Shown here piece by piece: positions 1-7,661 of a stretch of 13,504 nucleotides of DNA (the first letter of the stretch is position 1; each line of letters starts with the position of its first letter). The DNA comes from Candidatus Micrarchaeia archaeon. Lineage in GTDB: Archaea; Micrarchaeota; Micrarchaeia; Burarchaeales; JAVZCV01. The position numbers and the translations under genes are program-made. Location of the stretch: assembly GCA_038874215.1 (NCBI GenBank), contig JAVZCV010000027.1, forward strand, positions 1 to 13,504. Reading direction: 5' to 3'. The notes beneath the pieces were generated by a model that worked only from the letters and a program-made list of their open reading frames with translations, made no database searches and had not been told where the DNA came from.

Positions 1-2
1 AT

Positions 3-824
3 GTTGTTAAAGAGGCTATTGAAAGCATGAAGGAGGGATCCGTTTTCATTGCCGATTCACTCTCCAGTCTTCTCTCTAAGTATGACGAGGGGATATTGGA
101 GGGCATTTCTTATTGGATAGAAAATGCAAAAGGCAAAAGGATAACTACGATTTTCCTTTTTACTAACTGGAATTATCCGCAGGATAGGATAAATAGGATT
201 GCGCGGATGTTTGACTACGTCGTCAACCTGAAAACTGTTGAAGAAAAGGTGCTGCTAAGAAACTATTTTTCTGTGGTTAAAGCGCCGAAAGAGGTATTAA
301 ATGCGAACGTGCCTTTTAGGATAGGGATGGATGGAATTTCAATATACATACCGAAGATACTCGTTACGGGTCCCTTTCACTCTGGAAAATCCACATTCAT
401 ACATAAGGTCAGCGTAAGGGCGGTTTCTGTGGATAGGATGGGCACGACGATAGCGCTTGACCATGGTTATATAGACTATGGGGGTCTGACTGCAGACCTT
501 TTCGGAACGCCTGGGCAGGAGCGTTTTGATTTCATGTTGGATATTCTGAATAAGGACACTTTTGGTGTTGTTTGCATAGTTGACTCAACCAATCCTGGTA
601 CGTTCCAAAGAGCAAAAGAGATGATAGAGCAGGTTGCTGGTTATGGCCTGCCGTATGTTATAGCTGCGAATAAGCAGGATTTAGAAGGTGCCCTCACGCC
701 AGAACAGGTCAGAGCTGAAATGGGATTACCGGAGAATATACCTGTTATGCCGACGGTAGCAACAACGGGCGAGGGTTGCGTTGAATGCGTGAAGAAGTTG
801 ATAGATTTGATAGTAACGCAGTGA
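3..824 (+). CDS. 5'-truncated fusion protein: C-terminal half of a KaiC/RecA-like domain plus MglA/CvnD-type small Ras-like GTPase
   Basis: The frame is open from the window edge (VVKEAIES before ATG 27). The N-part has a Walker B-like FIADS, MFDYVVNL and VPFRIG.DGI, typical of KaiC/RecA C-terminal strands. From ~354 the GTPase motifs are G1 GPFHSGKST, G2 TTIALDHG, G3 FGTPGQERF, G4 NKQD and G5 TVA. Confidence 0.88.
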   Translation, partial: VVKEAIESMKEGSVFIADSLSSLLSKYDEGILEGISYWIENAKGKRITTIFLFTNWNYPQDRINRIARMFDYVVNLKTVEEKVLLRNYFSVVKAPKEVLNANVPFRIGMDGISIYIPKILVTGPFHSGKSTFIHKVSVRAVSVDRMGTTIALDHGYIDYGGLTADLFGTPGQERFDFMLDILNKDTFGVVCIVDSTNPGTFQRAKEMIEQVAGYGLPYVIAANKQDLEGALTPEQVRAEMGLPENIPVMPTVATTGEGCVECVKKLIDLIVTQ

Positions 825-828
825 TTTG

Positions 829-1200
829 ATGACAGAGGAAGTGAAGCTTAAGCTTGAAGAGCTGCTTTCTGAGCTCGCCTCAACGGGAGATATAGAAGCA
901 AGCGCAATCGTGAGGAGAGATGGGTTGATGATAGCATCAAACCTTCCTTCACGGATAGATTCACGCACAATAGCGGCTATGAGCGCTGCCATGGTTGGGA
1001 CTGCAGAAACGTGCTCTTCTGAGTTGCAGAGAGGGAAGTTCATGCAGGTTATTGTGGAGAGCGAGCTGGGTAAGATAATAGCGACGGGTGCTGGGAGGCT
1101 CGCAATTCTCGTGTGCCTTGTAAAGCCGCATGGCAATCTGGGCCTTGTTCTGCTCGCTATGGGCAGGACTGCGAATAAGGTTGCGGCTATGCTGGAGTAG
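829..1200 (+). CDS. Roadblock/LC7 domain protein (MglB-like)
   Basis: ~123 aa with roadblock hallmarks IVRRDGLMIAS, IAAMSAAM.GTAE, VIVES..G, GAG and NLGLV. It lies directly after the GTPase. ATG 829 is preferred over TTG 826. Confidence 0.92.
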   Translation: MTEEVKLKLEELLSELASTGDIEASAIVRRDGLMIASNLPSRIDSRTIAAMSAAMVGTAETCSSELQRGKFMQVIVESELGKIIATGAGRLAILVCLVKPHGNLGLVLLAMGRTANKVAAMLE

Positions 1201-1205
1201 GTTTT

Positions 1206-1439
1206 ATGGTAAATGAGGGCAAGGCTGATGAGATAATAGAGAGGTTTAAGAAGGTAATGGGGCCTGTTGCCAACACGCTCGCCGCAGATGCGGGAAGGGA
1301 GGTAGGGGTGGTGATAATAGATGGAAGAGTGCAGCGAATAGAAAGCGAGGAGCAGTACAAAAAACTCGTTGAAAAACTTAGGGAGAAATTCAGCAGGATA
1401 ATGGGGCCAGCGATTACAGACTCGCTTATAACCGGATGA
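1206..1439 (+). CDS. Small hypothetical helical protein with duplicated E[RK]FxxxMGP motif
   Basis: 77 aa ORF filling the operon gap exactly (5 and 4 bp spacers), GGAG/AGGT upstream, amphipathic helices. Confidence 0.82.
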   Translation: MVNEGKADEIIERFKKVMGPVANTLAADAGREVGVVIIDGRVQRIESEEQYKKLVEKLREKFSRIMGPAITDSLITG

Positions 1440-1443
1440 TGCT

Positions 1444-1818
1444 ATGACTATGATTGAGAGGATGCATGATTACATTAAAAAGAATAGGGATGCAAGGGTC
1501 GACGGCTATGTCGTGGCGAGGAGAGACGGTATTAAATTAGTATCCACGATTGAAGAGTCTCCGCACATATCTGCGATAACAGCCGCCATTATAGGTTCTG
1601 CTGAATCATTCATACAGTCAATGGGCGCAGAGGTAAAAAGCGTTTCTGTTATAATAGAATCCGATAAGCTGAATGCGGTAATGATGGGGGCTGGCACGCC
1701 GATACTTGTCGCTGCAATAGCTAAACCAGGCGTTGAGCTCCACGGGCTTGTTCCGCATGTAAAGAAGCTTGTTGAAGAGCTTTCCAAGATGGTTGAGAAA
1801 GATGGAAGGAAGGAATGA
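1444..1818 (+). CDS. Second, divergent roadblock/LC7 domain protein
   Basis: Aligns by eye with 829..1200: VARRDG, ISAITAAIIGSAE, VIIES, GAG, AKP. Confidence 0.85.
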   Translation: MTMIERMHDYIKKNRDARVDGYVVARRDGIKLVSTIEESPHISAITAAIIGSAESFIQSMGAEVKSVSVIIESDKLNAVMMGAGTPILVAAIAKPGVELHGLVPHVKKLVEELSKMVEKDGRKE

Positions 1819-2536
1819 CGGGGTAACTGTGGGTAGAATAAAAACAGGCATACCCGGACTTGATGAGCTTATCAGTGGCGGCTTTGAAGAAAAGAGCGTG
1901 GTAATAGTTACTGGTCCTGCGGGTTCTGGAAAATCAACCTTGGCATTGCAGTTTCTTTACAATGGCGCAACCGTGTCTGGCGAGCCTGGGATTTACATAA
2001 CTTTTGAGGAGCAGAAAGCCATGCTATACAAACATATGATGAACTATGGATGGGACTTCGCAAAACTTGAGAAGGAGGGGAAATTTAGGCTTTTTGAGTA
2101 TCCTCCGCATGAAGTGGATAGGTTTCTTTCGGAGGGTGGCGCGATAGAAGACTGTATAGAAGAGATGAAGGCGAGGAGGTTGGTAATAGACAGCATAACA
2201 TCATTTATGCTTCTTTATGAGACGGAGTACAAGAGAAGGCAGGCTTTTCTCAACGCGATGCAAACGCTTAGAAAGTGGGGTTGCATGTGCCTCCTGACTG
2301 CTGAGGGGGAAACCGATGCGCATGGCAACGTGACGGCGCGTTTTGGGCTTGAGTTCCTTGCAGATGGGCTAATAGCAATACACATGATAAGGCGCGGGGA
2401 TATACGAGACTTGGCGATAGAAATAGTGAAGCTAAGGGGGATACCCCACCAGAGAAAGCTGAGCCCGATGATGATAACTGAGAGTGGTGTTGTCGTTTTC
2501 CCAAATCAGCCAGTTTTCGGCGAGGCAAAATTTTGA
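1802..2536 (+). CDS. Single-domain KaiC-like/RAD55 family RecA-superfamily ATPase (COG0467-type)
   Basis: RIKTGIPGLDELI.GG, Walker A GPAGSGKS, ITFEE, Walker B RLVIDS, EFLADG and an arginine finger VKLRG. The start is uncertain (ATG 1802 or GTG 1829; TTG 1769 is unlikely). Confidence 0.93.
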   Translation: MEGRNDGVTVGRIKTGIPGLDELISGGFEEKSVVIVTGPAGSGKSTLALQFLYNGATVSGEPGIYITFEEQKAMLYKHMMNYGWDFAKLEKEGKFRLFEYPPHEVDRFLSEGGAIEDCIEEMKARRLVIDSITSFMLLYETEYKRRQAFLNAMQTLRKWGCMCLLTAEGETDAHGNVTARFGLEFLADGLIAIHMIRRGDIRDLAIEIVKLRGIPHQRKLSPMMITESGVVVFPNQPVFGEAKF

Positions 2537-2538
2537 GC

Positions 2539-2554
2539 GGGAAATTTTTATATA
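2539..2554 (+). promoter_or_regulatory. Archaeal BRE/TATA promoter of the minor pilin operon (probably leaderless)
   Basis: GGGAAA followed by TTTTTATATA, ending 22 nt before ATG 2576; no SD present. Confidence 0.7.
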
Positions 2555-2575
2555 GAGAAAAACCAATCCAATAGC

Positions 2576-3289
2576 ATGAGGAAGGCGCAGAGCTCAACAG
2601 AACTCGTAGTCATACTCGCTGTATCGCTGCTCTTTCTTTCAGCCATAGTGATTTTTGCATACAACAACATCAAAAGCCTTGAGGAGATGATGCGTGTTTC
2701 AAAAACAAGGGAAGCGGTAGAAAAAATAGCAGATGCGTGCGAGCGCGTATATTATGCAGGGCTTGGCTCTAGAGAGATTGTAATGATAGAGATTCCATCG
2801 GGTGCTCTCCCTGAAAGAGTGTTCATAAGTGGGAACGTAATAAACATCGGTGTCGGCAGTAATGTCTCATATACGGATATAAACACGCGAGCAAATGTTC
2901 CTGTCATAGGCATTCTGCCAAACACGAGCGGTGTTCATGCGGTTCTCGTTGAGGCTAAGAACGGGTATGTGCGTGTTGGCAACGTTTCTCTTTCCCTATA
3001 CCCCTATTTCATATACGAGAATACGCCTGTAAGAACTTACAGGTACAGGAATATCACTTTGGCAAACTATGGAAAATCAAGGATACGTGTGGATGCACGG
3101 GTAACGGCGAGTTCCTCAAATTTGCAGGTAAGATGCACGCCAACATACGCTTACCTCAATCCAGGACAGAAGGTAAACATGACGCTGAGGTTTTACTCGA
3201 GGCAGGTTGGCTATTACTATGGCTTTGCAAACATAACTGCCAGCAACGGCGAGTGGGAAAAGGTGGATTTTGTGGTTGAGGCGGTTTGA
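2576..3289 (+). CDS. Class III signal peptide (DUF361-like) minor pilin with C-terminal Ig-like domain
   Basis: MRKA|QSSTE followed by a hydrophobic helix; six N-x-S/T sequons; the C-terminal pattern ITLANYG...LNPGQKVNMTL suggests a beta-sandwich. Confidence 0.85.
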   Translation: MRKAQSSTELVVILAVSLLFLSAIVIFAYNNIKSLEEMMRVSKTREAVEKIADACERVYYAGLGSREIVMIEIPSGALPERVFISGNVINIGVGSNVSYTDINTRANVPVIGILPNTSGVHAVLVEAKNGYVRVGNVSLSLYPYFIYENTPVRTYRYRNITLANYGKSRIRVDARVTASSSNLQVRCTPTYAYLNPGQKVNMTLRFYSRQVGYYYGFANITASNGEWEKVDFVVEAV

Positions 3290-3669
3290 TGCGTGCGCAG
3301 GTAAGTGCAGACTTTCTCATCGCAACGGTAATCGCATTCGCTATATTCTCTATCCTTCTCGGGCTGTACGTAACGAGGGTGGGCGTATTTCAGGAGATGG
3401 AGAAGAAAGTTGTCGCGGAAAGAAACGCATACAGAATTGCAGCCGCTATTAATGCGGTTTCGGAGGCACCTGACGGAACCGAGGTTGTGATGCGAATTGA
3501 TTTTGATGAGCCGCACCTAATCCGGTTCGTTGAAAGGCGTGTTGAGATTTTCATGAACAGCACGGGAGATAGCGTATCGGCACCTGTTTTGGCGAATCTT
3601 TCTTTTTACGAGACAGATGCAAACGAGGTGAGGATAGCGAATGAGAATGGGAGTGTTGTAGTAAGGTGA
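3289..3669 (+). CDS. Minor pilin-like protein, class III signal peptide
   Basis: MRA|QVSAD followed by a hydrophobic helix; TGATG overlap with the upstream stop; three sequons. Confidence 0.82.
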   Translation: MRAQVSADFLIATVIAFAIFSILLGLYVTRVGVFQEMEKKVVAERNAYRIAAAINAVSEAPDGTEVVMRIDFDEPHLIRFVERRVEIFMNSTGDSVSAPVLANLSFYETDANEVRIANENGSVVVR

Positions 3670-3673
3670 TTGG

Positions 3674-4117
3674 TTGAGGGGCCAGATGTTCTCCTACGAT
3701 ATAGTGTTCGCAGTTCTTTTGGTTACCGTTCTTCTTGTCGCATCTTTGCATGCATACCAGATGAAGATTTCTGGGTTTTATGAAAGGACAGAGAAGGAAC
3801 GAATTTTTGCATTGGCGAATTCCGCAATATCGCATATCGTGGTTTCTTCGCATGGATGCGGAATCGCGAAAACGCGCAACGTGCTTGATGAAAATAAGAC
3901 AGCGGAGCTTTTCAGCAAGATAAAAAACGATTACAACGAAACAAAAAAGCTTCTTGGTATTGTAGGATACGAGTTCAACATGAGCATTGAAATGATTGAC
4001 GGGAGGACGATTTATAGCGCTGGGAAAGTTGGAGTTGGTAGCGTTGTCGTATCAACAGAGAGATATGGCTTGCTCAATGGAAGCGTTGTGAGGGTGAGGC
4101 TTGTTGTCTGGAAATAG
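3674..4117 (+). CDS. Minor pilin-like protein, class III-like signal peptide
   Basis: TTG start after SD AGGTGAT (3664-3670); MRG|QMFSYD followed by a hydrophobic helix; four sequons. Confidence 0.82.
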   Translation: MRGQMFSYDIVFAVLLVTVLLVASLHAYQMKISGFYERTEKERIFALANSAISHIVVSSHGCGIAKTRNVLDENKTAELFSKIKNDYNETKKLLGIVGYEFNMSIEMIDGRTIYSAGKVGVGSVVVSTERYGLLNGSVVRVRLVVWK

Positions 4118-4460
4118 AAGGGGCTTTGTTTATACATCGGATGCCTTCGTTGCAGTTGCAGTATGCGTCCTTATACTTGCTGCCACTATGAACGTTGATT
4201 TGGCAGGCATGAGCATTGTGGATTATAAGGGTGAGGACCTTGCGACTTTGGCGGAGAAAGGCAGTATGAATGCTACGAGAGTGCTTGTTAGATTTGAGAG
4301 ATGCACGAGCATGCTTGTCAGATGCGAGAACGGCTCAATTCTCTATCCCGTAGATTCTGGATGCATCTGTGAATCATATTCCATTACGAGGAGAAGCCTC
4401 CTTATACAGAATAGGGGCAAGGTTGATGAGTGCTTTGTTGAGGTAATACGATGCAGATGA
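4101..4460 (+). CDS. Cysteine-rich pilin-like protein, class III-like signal peptide
   Basis: TTG start (4101 or 4104) after SD GGGTGAGG; RRG|FVYTSD followed by a hydrophobic helix; six Cys beyond the TM segment. Confidence 0.75.
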   Translation: MLSGNRRGFVYTSDAFVAVAVCVLILAATMNVDLAGMSIVDYKGEDLATLAEKGSMNATRVLVRFERCTSMLVRCENGSILYPVDSGCICESYSITRRSLLIQNRGKVDECFVEVIRCR

Positions 4461-5272
4461 AGGGATTCCTTTTCACGATATTGTTATCGATGCTTTTCCT
4501 ATCGGTTTTCATGTTTGCCGTTTTTTACAGCTCAAATTACGGCGGTGATGAGAGGAATAGGGGGGTAGAGAGAATTTCGTACGTATATGATGATATTTCC
4601 TCAGACATTATGTTTATGCTCGGGACTAATTCAAGCGTTGAAAAAGGGGGCGATTCTTTCAAGGTTGCGTGGGTGTTCTCTATCCCGTCAGAAATACAAG
4701 ACCCAGTAGCAGAATTTAGAGAATATGTCTCTTTCCTGAACAGCTCTTATTCTGAAAAGATTGGGGTAAAAACAACGATTCTGGATGACGCTCTTATAAA
4801 TGCGCCTGAGATTCGTGCGGATGATTTAAGGCTTAGGTATGGGGGTTTGAAAAGGTGGAGCGCACTTTTTTATGCGCCGAGATGCTCATCCCAGAACTAC
4901 TCTCTTGTAATTTATCTTAACGATTCATGCAAGAAAAAGTGCTCTAAATCCGTTGATTATAAATGGGTGGAAGAGGCAGATGGCACGCCTTTCTTCATTA
5001 AGATAGTGGATGCAGATGGCGATGTCGCATTTGGGCAGGACGGAAAAATAAAGCTCGGCAGTTGGGTGTCTGTTGAATTGAAAAAAGGCAGTTTTCTTGT
5101 TTCAACAGCAGAAGAACCAGCCGCATGCGTTTCTCTCGTACCTTCGGGAGAAAGCGGAGCTTGGGTTACGATGAATGTTTCTGCATCTGGCAGTGTCTCG
5201 GGGATTTATGTGCCTCTAGACATAGCAATAGACGGGCAGAGATATGAGAAAATAACGATAGAAGGGATTTAG
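4451..5272 (+). CDS. Pilin-like or membrane-anchored surface protein
   Basis: MKG|FLFT followed by a hydrophobic helix; five sequons. The start is 4451 (after GAGGT) or 4457 (ATGA overlap). Confidence 0.75.
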   Translation: MQMKGFLFTILLSMLFLSVFMFAVFYSSNYGGDERNRGVERISYVYDDISSDIMFMLGTNSSVEKGGDSFKVAWVFSIPSEIQDPVAEFREYVSFLNSSYSEKIGVKTTILDDALINAPEIRADDLRLRYGGLKRWSALFYAPRCSSQNYSLVIYLNDSCKKKCSKSVDYKWVEEADGTPFFIKIVDADGDVAFGQDGKIKLGSWVSVELKKGSFLVSTAEEPAACVSLVPSGESGAWVTMNVSASGSVSGIYVPLDIAIDGQRYEKITIEGI

Positions 5273-5277
5273 TTTTT
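5273..5277 (+). terminator. Possible oligo-T terminator between convergent genes
   Basis: TTTTT is the entire spacer between the two stop codons. Confidence 0.35.
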
Positions 5278-5757
5278 CTACTGGTACTGCCCTACAAGAG
5301 GAAGGCTGCCCGTGAAGGAGTATGTCATCGTGGTGTGCTCTGCATCGCGGTATTTTATTGTTACATCAAGCGAGTATTCCTCGCCTGCTGTACCAGATGG
5401 GTAGTTTGTACCAGAAGTTATATTGACTATTGCAGTATCCCCTGGTTCAAGACGCGTCGGGCTGACAGACTGAACGTTTGCGGGAGCTACACCTATACCA
5501 ATCTGATCTATGTTTATCGGGAATTTCTTGTTGTTTCTGACAATAAGCTGCCCGGCCTCCCCATTCGTGCCTTTTAGGGATGCACCTATAATGGCGACTT
5601 CTGCGACGCTCCAGTATGCATCGCTCTCGGCCTTTGTTACACCTCTCCCTATCCGTGGGAATCCGCCCATGACACCAACGACTATAAGGGCGATTATAAC
5701 TACTACTGCCAATATTATTAGATACTCGGTTGCTGCCTGTGCTCTTTTGAATTTCAT
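5278..5757 (-). CDS. Type IV pilin, probable major pilin (class III signal peptide, DUF361-like)
   Basis: MKFKRA|QAATEYLIILAVVVIIALIVVG with +5 Glu, a beta-rich head and strong SD AAGGAGG. Confidence 0.9.
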   Translation of the reverse strand: MKFKRAQAATEYLIILAVVVIIALIVVGVMGGFPRIGRGVTKAESDAYWSVAEVAIIGASLKGTNGEAGQLIVRNNKKFPINIDQIGIGVAPANVQSVSPTRLEPGDTAIVNITSGTNYPSGTAGEEYSLDVTIKYRDAEHTTMTYSFTGSLPLVGQYQ

Positions 5758-5760
5758 CTT

Positions 5761-5805
5761 ATCCCTCCTTCTCTTAATTCAGCAAGGATATTTTTATATC
5801 TTTCT
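5761..5805 (-). promoter_or_regulatory. BRE/TATA promoter and SD for the pilin gene
   Basis: The minus strand reads AGAAAG-ATATAAAAA (5805-5791), then AAGGAGGGAT (5770-5761) before ATG 5757. Confidence 0.65.
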
Positions 5806-6781
5806 AAACGATGAAGTAGGAGAGCAGGTATTCCTTTATCAGATGGAAGAGGAGAAGCGATGCGGCGAGTATGAGCGGGAAGAACTTTATTCCATTCATT
5901 TTCTTTCCATCATGAACAACTCCAAGGAGCATGCTCGCCATGAGCGAAGTAATTGCGAGGGTTATTAGGGACATGGCGTATACAAAATCTGTGCTGAGAA
6001 CCTTGCCAGGCGCAAGCCCGATTCTCGCCGCCATTTCTGTGCTCATCCCAGACTGCAACGATGAAACTATGCCGATGAATTTTATTGAGACGGCGAGAAG
6101 AAAGGGCATCGCTGCGATTATCGCAAAGAGTATGAAGATCATGTACATTGATGTACCTGCGATCAGTTCTCTTTTCAGCCTTTGCGATTCTTCTATTTCT
6201 TCGGCAAGGCTAACGAGCAACCTTGATATGCTGCCGCCGCTTTTGAGGCTTGTTGCGAAGAGAGAGACGGCCCTTTCAAGAACCTCGGAGTTTATCCTCT
6301 TTGATATTTCAAGGAGTGCTTCGTGAAGGGATGACGTGCCGAGGGACTTCGTTGTCGCATAGCGTATCTCCTCATCAAGAGGGCTGAACTCTGGCCGAGC
6401 TGACATGCGAAGCGCAAGAACGGGAGAAGCGCCTGCATCTATGTTTGATGCAACGAGCCTCAGCAAATCGGGCAGGATAGATTCAACCCTCTTCTTTCTG
6501 TCCTCAATCTCGCTGTGCAGGATTGCGTATCTCACGAAAATAAGGCAGAGGTAAACTAAAAAGCCGCATAGTAGCGCATAGGGAGTTTCTAGATTATAGA
6601 GGCGTGCGATCACGTAGGAAACGATGAAGCCAGCGATCGCTAATAAGAGTGTTTTGCCGACCCATTCTTCCGCGCTCTCGCGCTTTCCTGCATAGTTAAG
6701 CATTTTCTCTGCGGCGTTTATGAAACCCTTCGGAACGAATGAGCCGATTTTCCCTATGAAGGACGCCATTTCATCACGCAT
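5804..6781 (-). CDS. Type II secretion system F family membrane platform protein (TadC/ArlJ-like)
   Basis: ESILPDLLRLVASNIDAG, EFSPLDEEI and SLKSGG motifs, multiple TM helices, located downstream of the ATPase. Confidence 0.92.
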   Translation of the reverse strand: MRDEMASFIGKIGSFVPKGFINAAEKMLNYAGKRESAEEWVGKTLLLAIAGFIVSYVIARLYNLETPYALLCGFLVYLCLIFVRYAILHSEIEDRKKRVESILPDLLRLVASNIDAGASPVLALRMSARPEFSPLDEEIRYATTKSLGTSSLHEALLEISKRINSEVLERAVSLFATSLKSGGSISRLLVSLAEEIEESQRLKRELIAGTSMYMIFILFAIIAAMPFLLAVSIKFIGIVSSLQSGMSTEMAARIGLAPGKVLSTDFVYAMSLITLAITSLMASMLLGVVHDGKKMNGIKFFPLILAASLLLFHLIKEYLLSYFIV

Positions 6782-7661
6782 GTATCACTGGCCTTTTTAT
6801 ACGCACGAATTCTATGAGCACGAATTGGAGCACAAAGCATAGGATGAGAAGTTCTACATAGTGCATTTCGCTTATGCGTATGCCTGCGAAAGAGGAGAGT
6901 ATTATGAGGAGCGTTGTGCCGAGTGTTGGTATTACAACTGCAACCACTACATATATGAGGATCCATAGGTTCATCTCTTGAATATACGTTTTTATCTCAG
7001 AGCTTTGATACTGCTCCATGTTATGGACTATGCTCTGCAGGGCGCCCTGAAGGCTCGCTCCTGCTTTTAGCGTGTTTATTATCTGCCATAGCATCTTTTT
7101 TAGATGCCTGGACTCTGTCCTCAGAGCCATCCGCTCAAGTGCTTCTTCCTGCGATTTTCCTGCACTTATCTCCTGCACCGCTATCTTGAACTCCTTTGAA
7201 ACATCGCCATAGCTTGACTCAGAGATGTTCACCATTGAGTCATAAAGAGAAACGCCTGATGTTATCTGTACCATCATGTCCCTCACTGCATAAACGAGGT
7301 CCTTGTCTATTGCCTCAACCGCTTTGCCTACGAGTATGCGGGGATAAAAGATGAAAACGAAGAAGAAGAGAAGCAGGGAGCCGATAAAGGCGAGGATTAT
7401 GGAGTTATAATCAGTGGTTTTTGTTTTTGCGGGCTTTGCGTATAAGAGTGCGAGCATTAAAATTAATACAAGAAAGGCCCACGCAAGAGCATTGAAGATG
7501 GAGACAACAGCATACTCGCTGCTGTCGTATTTGCTCTTGAGCATTTTTAACTCGTATTTCAACGATGGGAAAAGCGAAGCAATCGGGACGCCGATGCCCT
7601 TAAGCTTGTGCGCAATCTTATCTGAAATCGCAGACGGCACGAGAAAAAGCGGGACTCTCAT
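6774..7661 (-). CDS. Type II secretion system F family membrane platform protein (TadB-like)
   Basis: IDKDLVYAVRDM..QI.SGVSL, YGDVSKEF and EEALERMA motifs; four TM helices; ATGA overlap with the ATPase stop. Confidence 0.92.
   Translation of the reverse strand: MRVPLFLVPSAISDKIAHKLKGIGVPIASLFPSLKYELKMLKSKYDSSEYAVVSIFNALAWAFLVLILMLALLYAKPAKTKTTDYNSIILAFIGSLLLFFFVFIFYPRILVGKAVEAIDKDLVYAVRDMMVQITSGVSLYDSMVNISESSYGDVSKEFKIAVQEISAGKSQEEALERMALRTESRHLKKMLWQIINTLKAGASLQGALQSIVHNMEQYQSSEIKTYIQEMNLWILIYVVVAVVIPTLGTTLLIILSSFAGIRISEMHYVELLILCFVLQFVLIEFVRIKRPVIHA

Noticed and set aside
354-1818. Asgard/eukaryote-type Rag, Rab or Arf with Ragulator
   Set aside because: The GTPase lacks the DxxG Asp and has MglA/CvnD motifs; roadblock-GTPase pairs are widespread in prokaryotes.
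1802-2536. Circadian clock KaiC
   Set aside because: It has a single domain, the positions matching the cyanobacterial S431/T432 phosphosites read EF (EFLAD), and no kaiA or kaiB is in the window.
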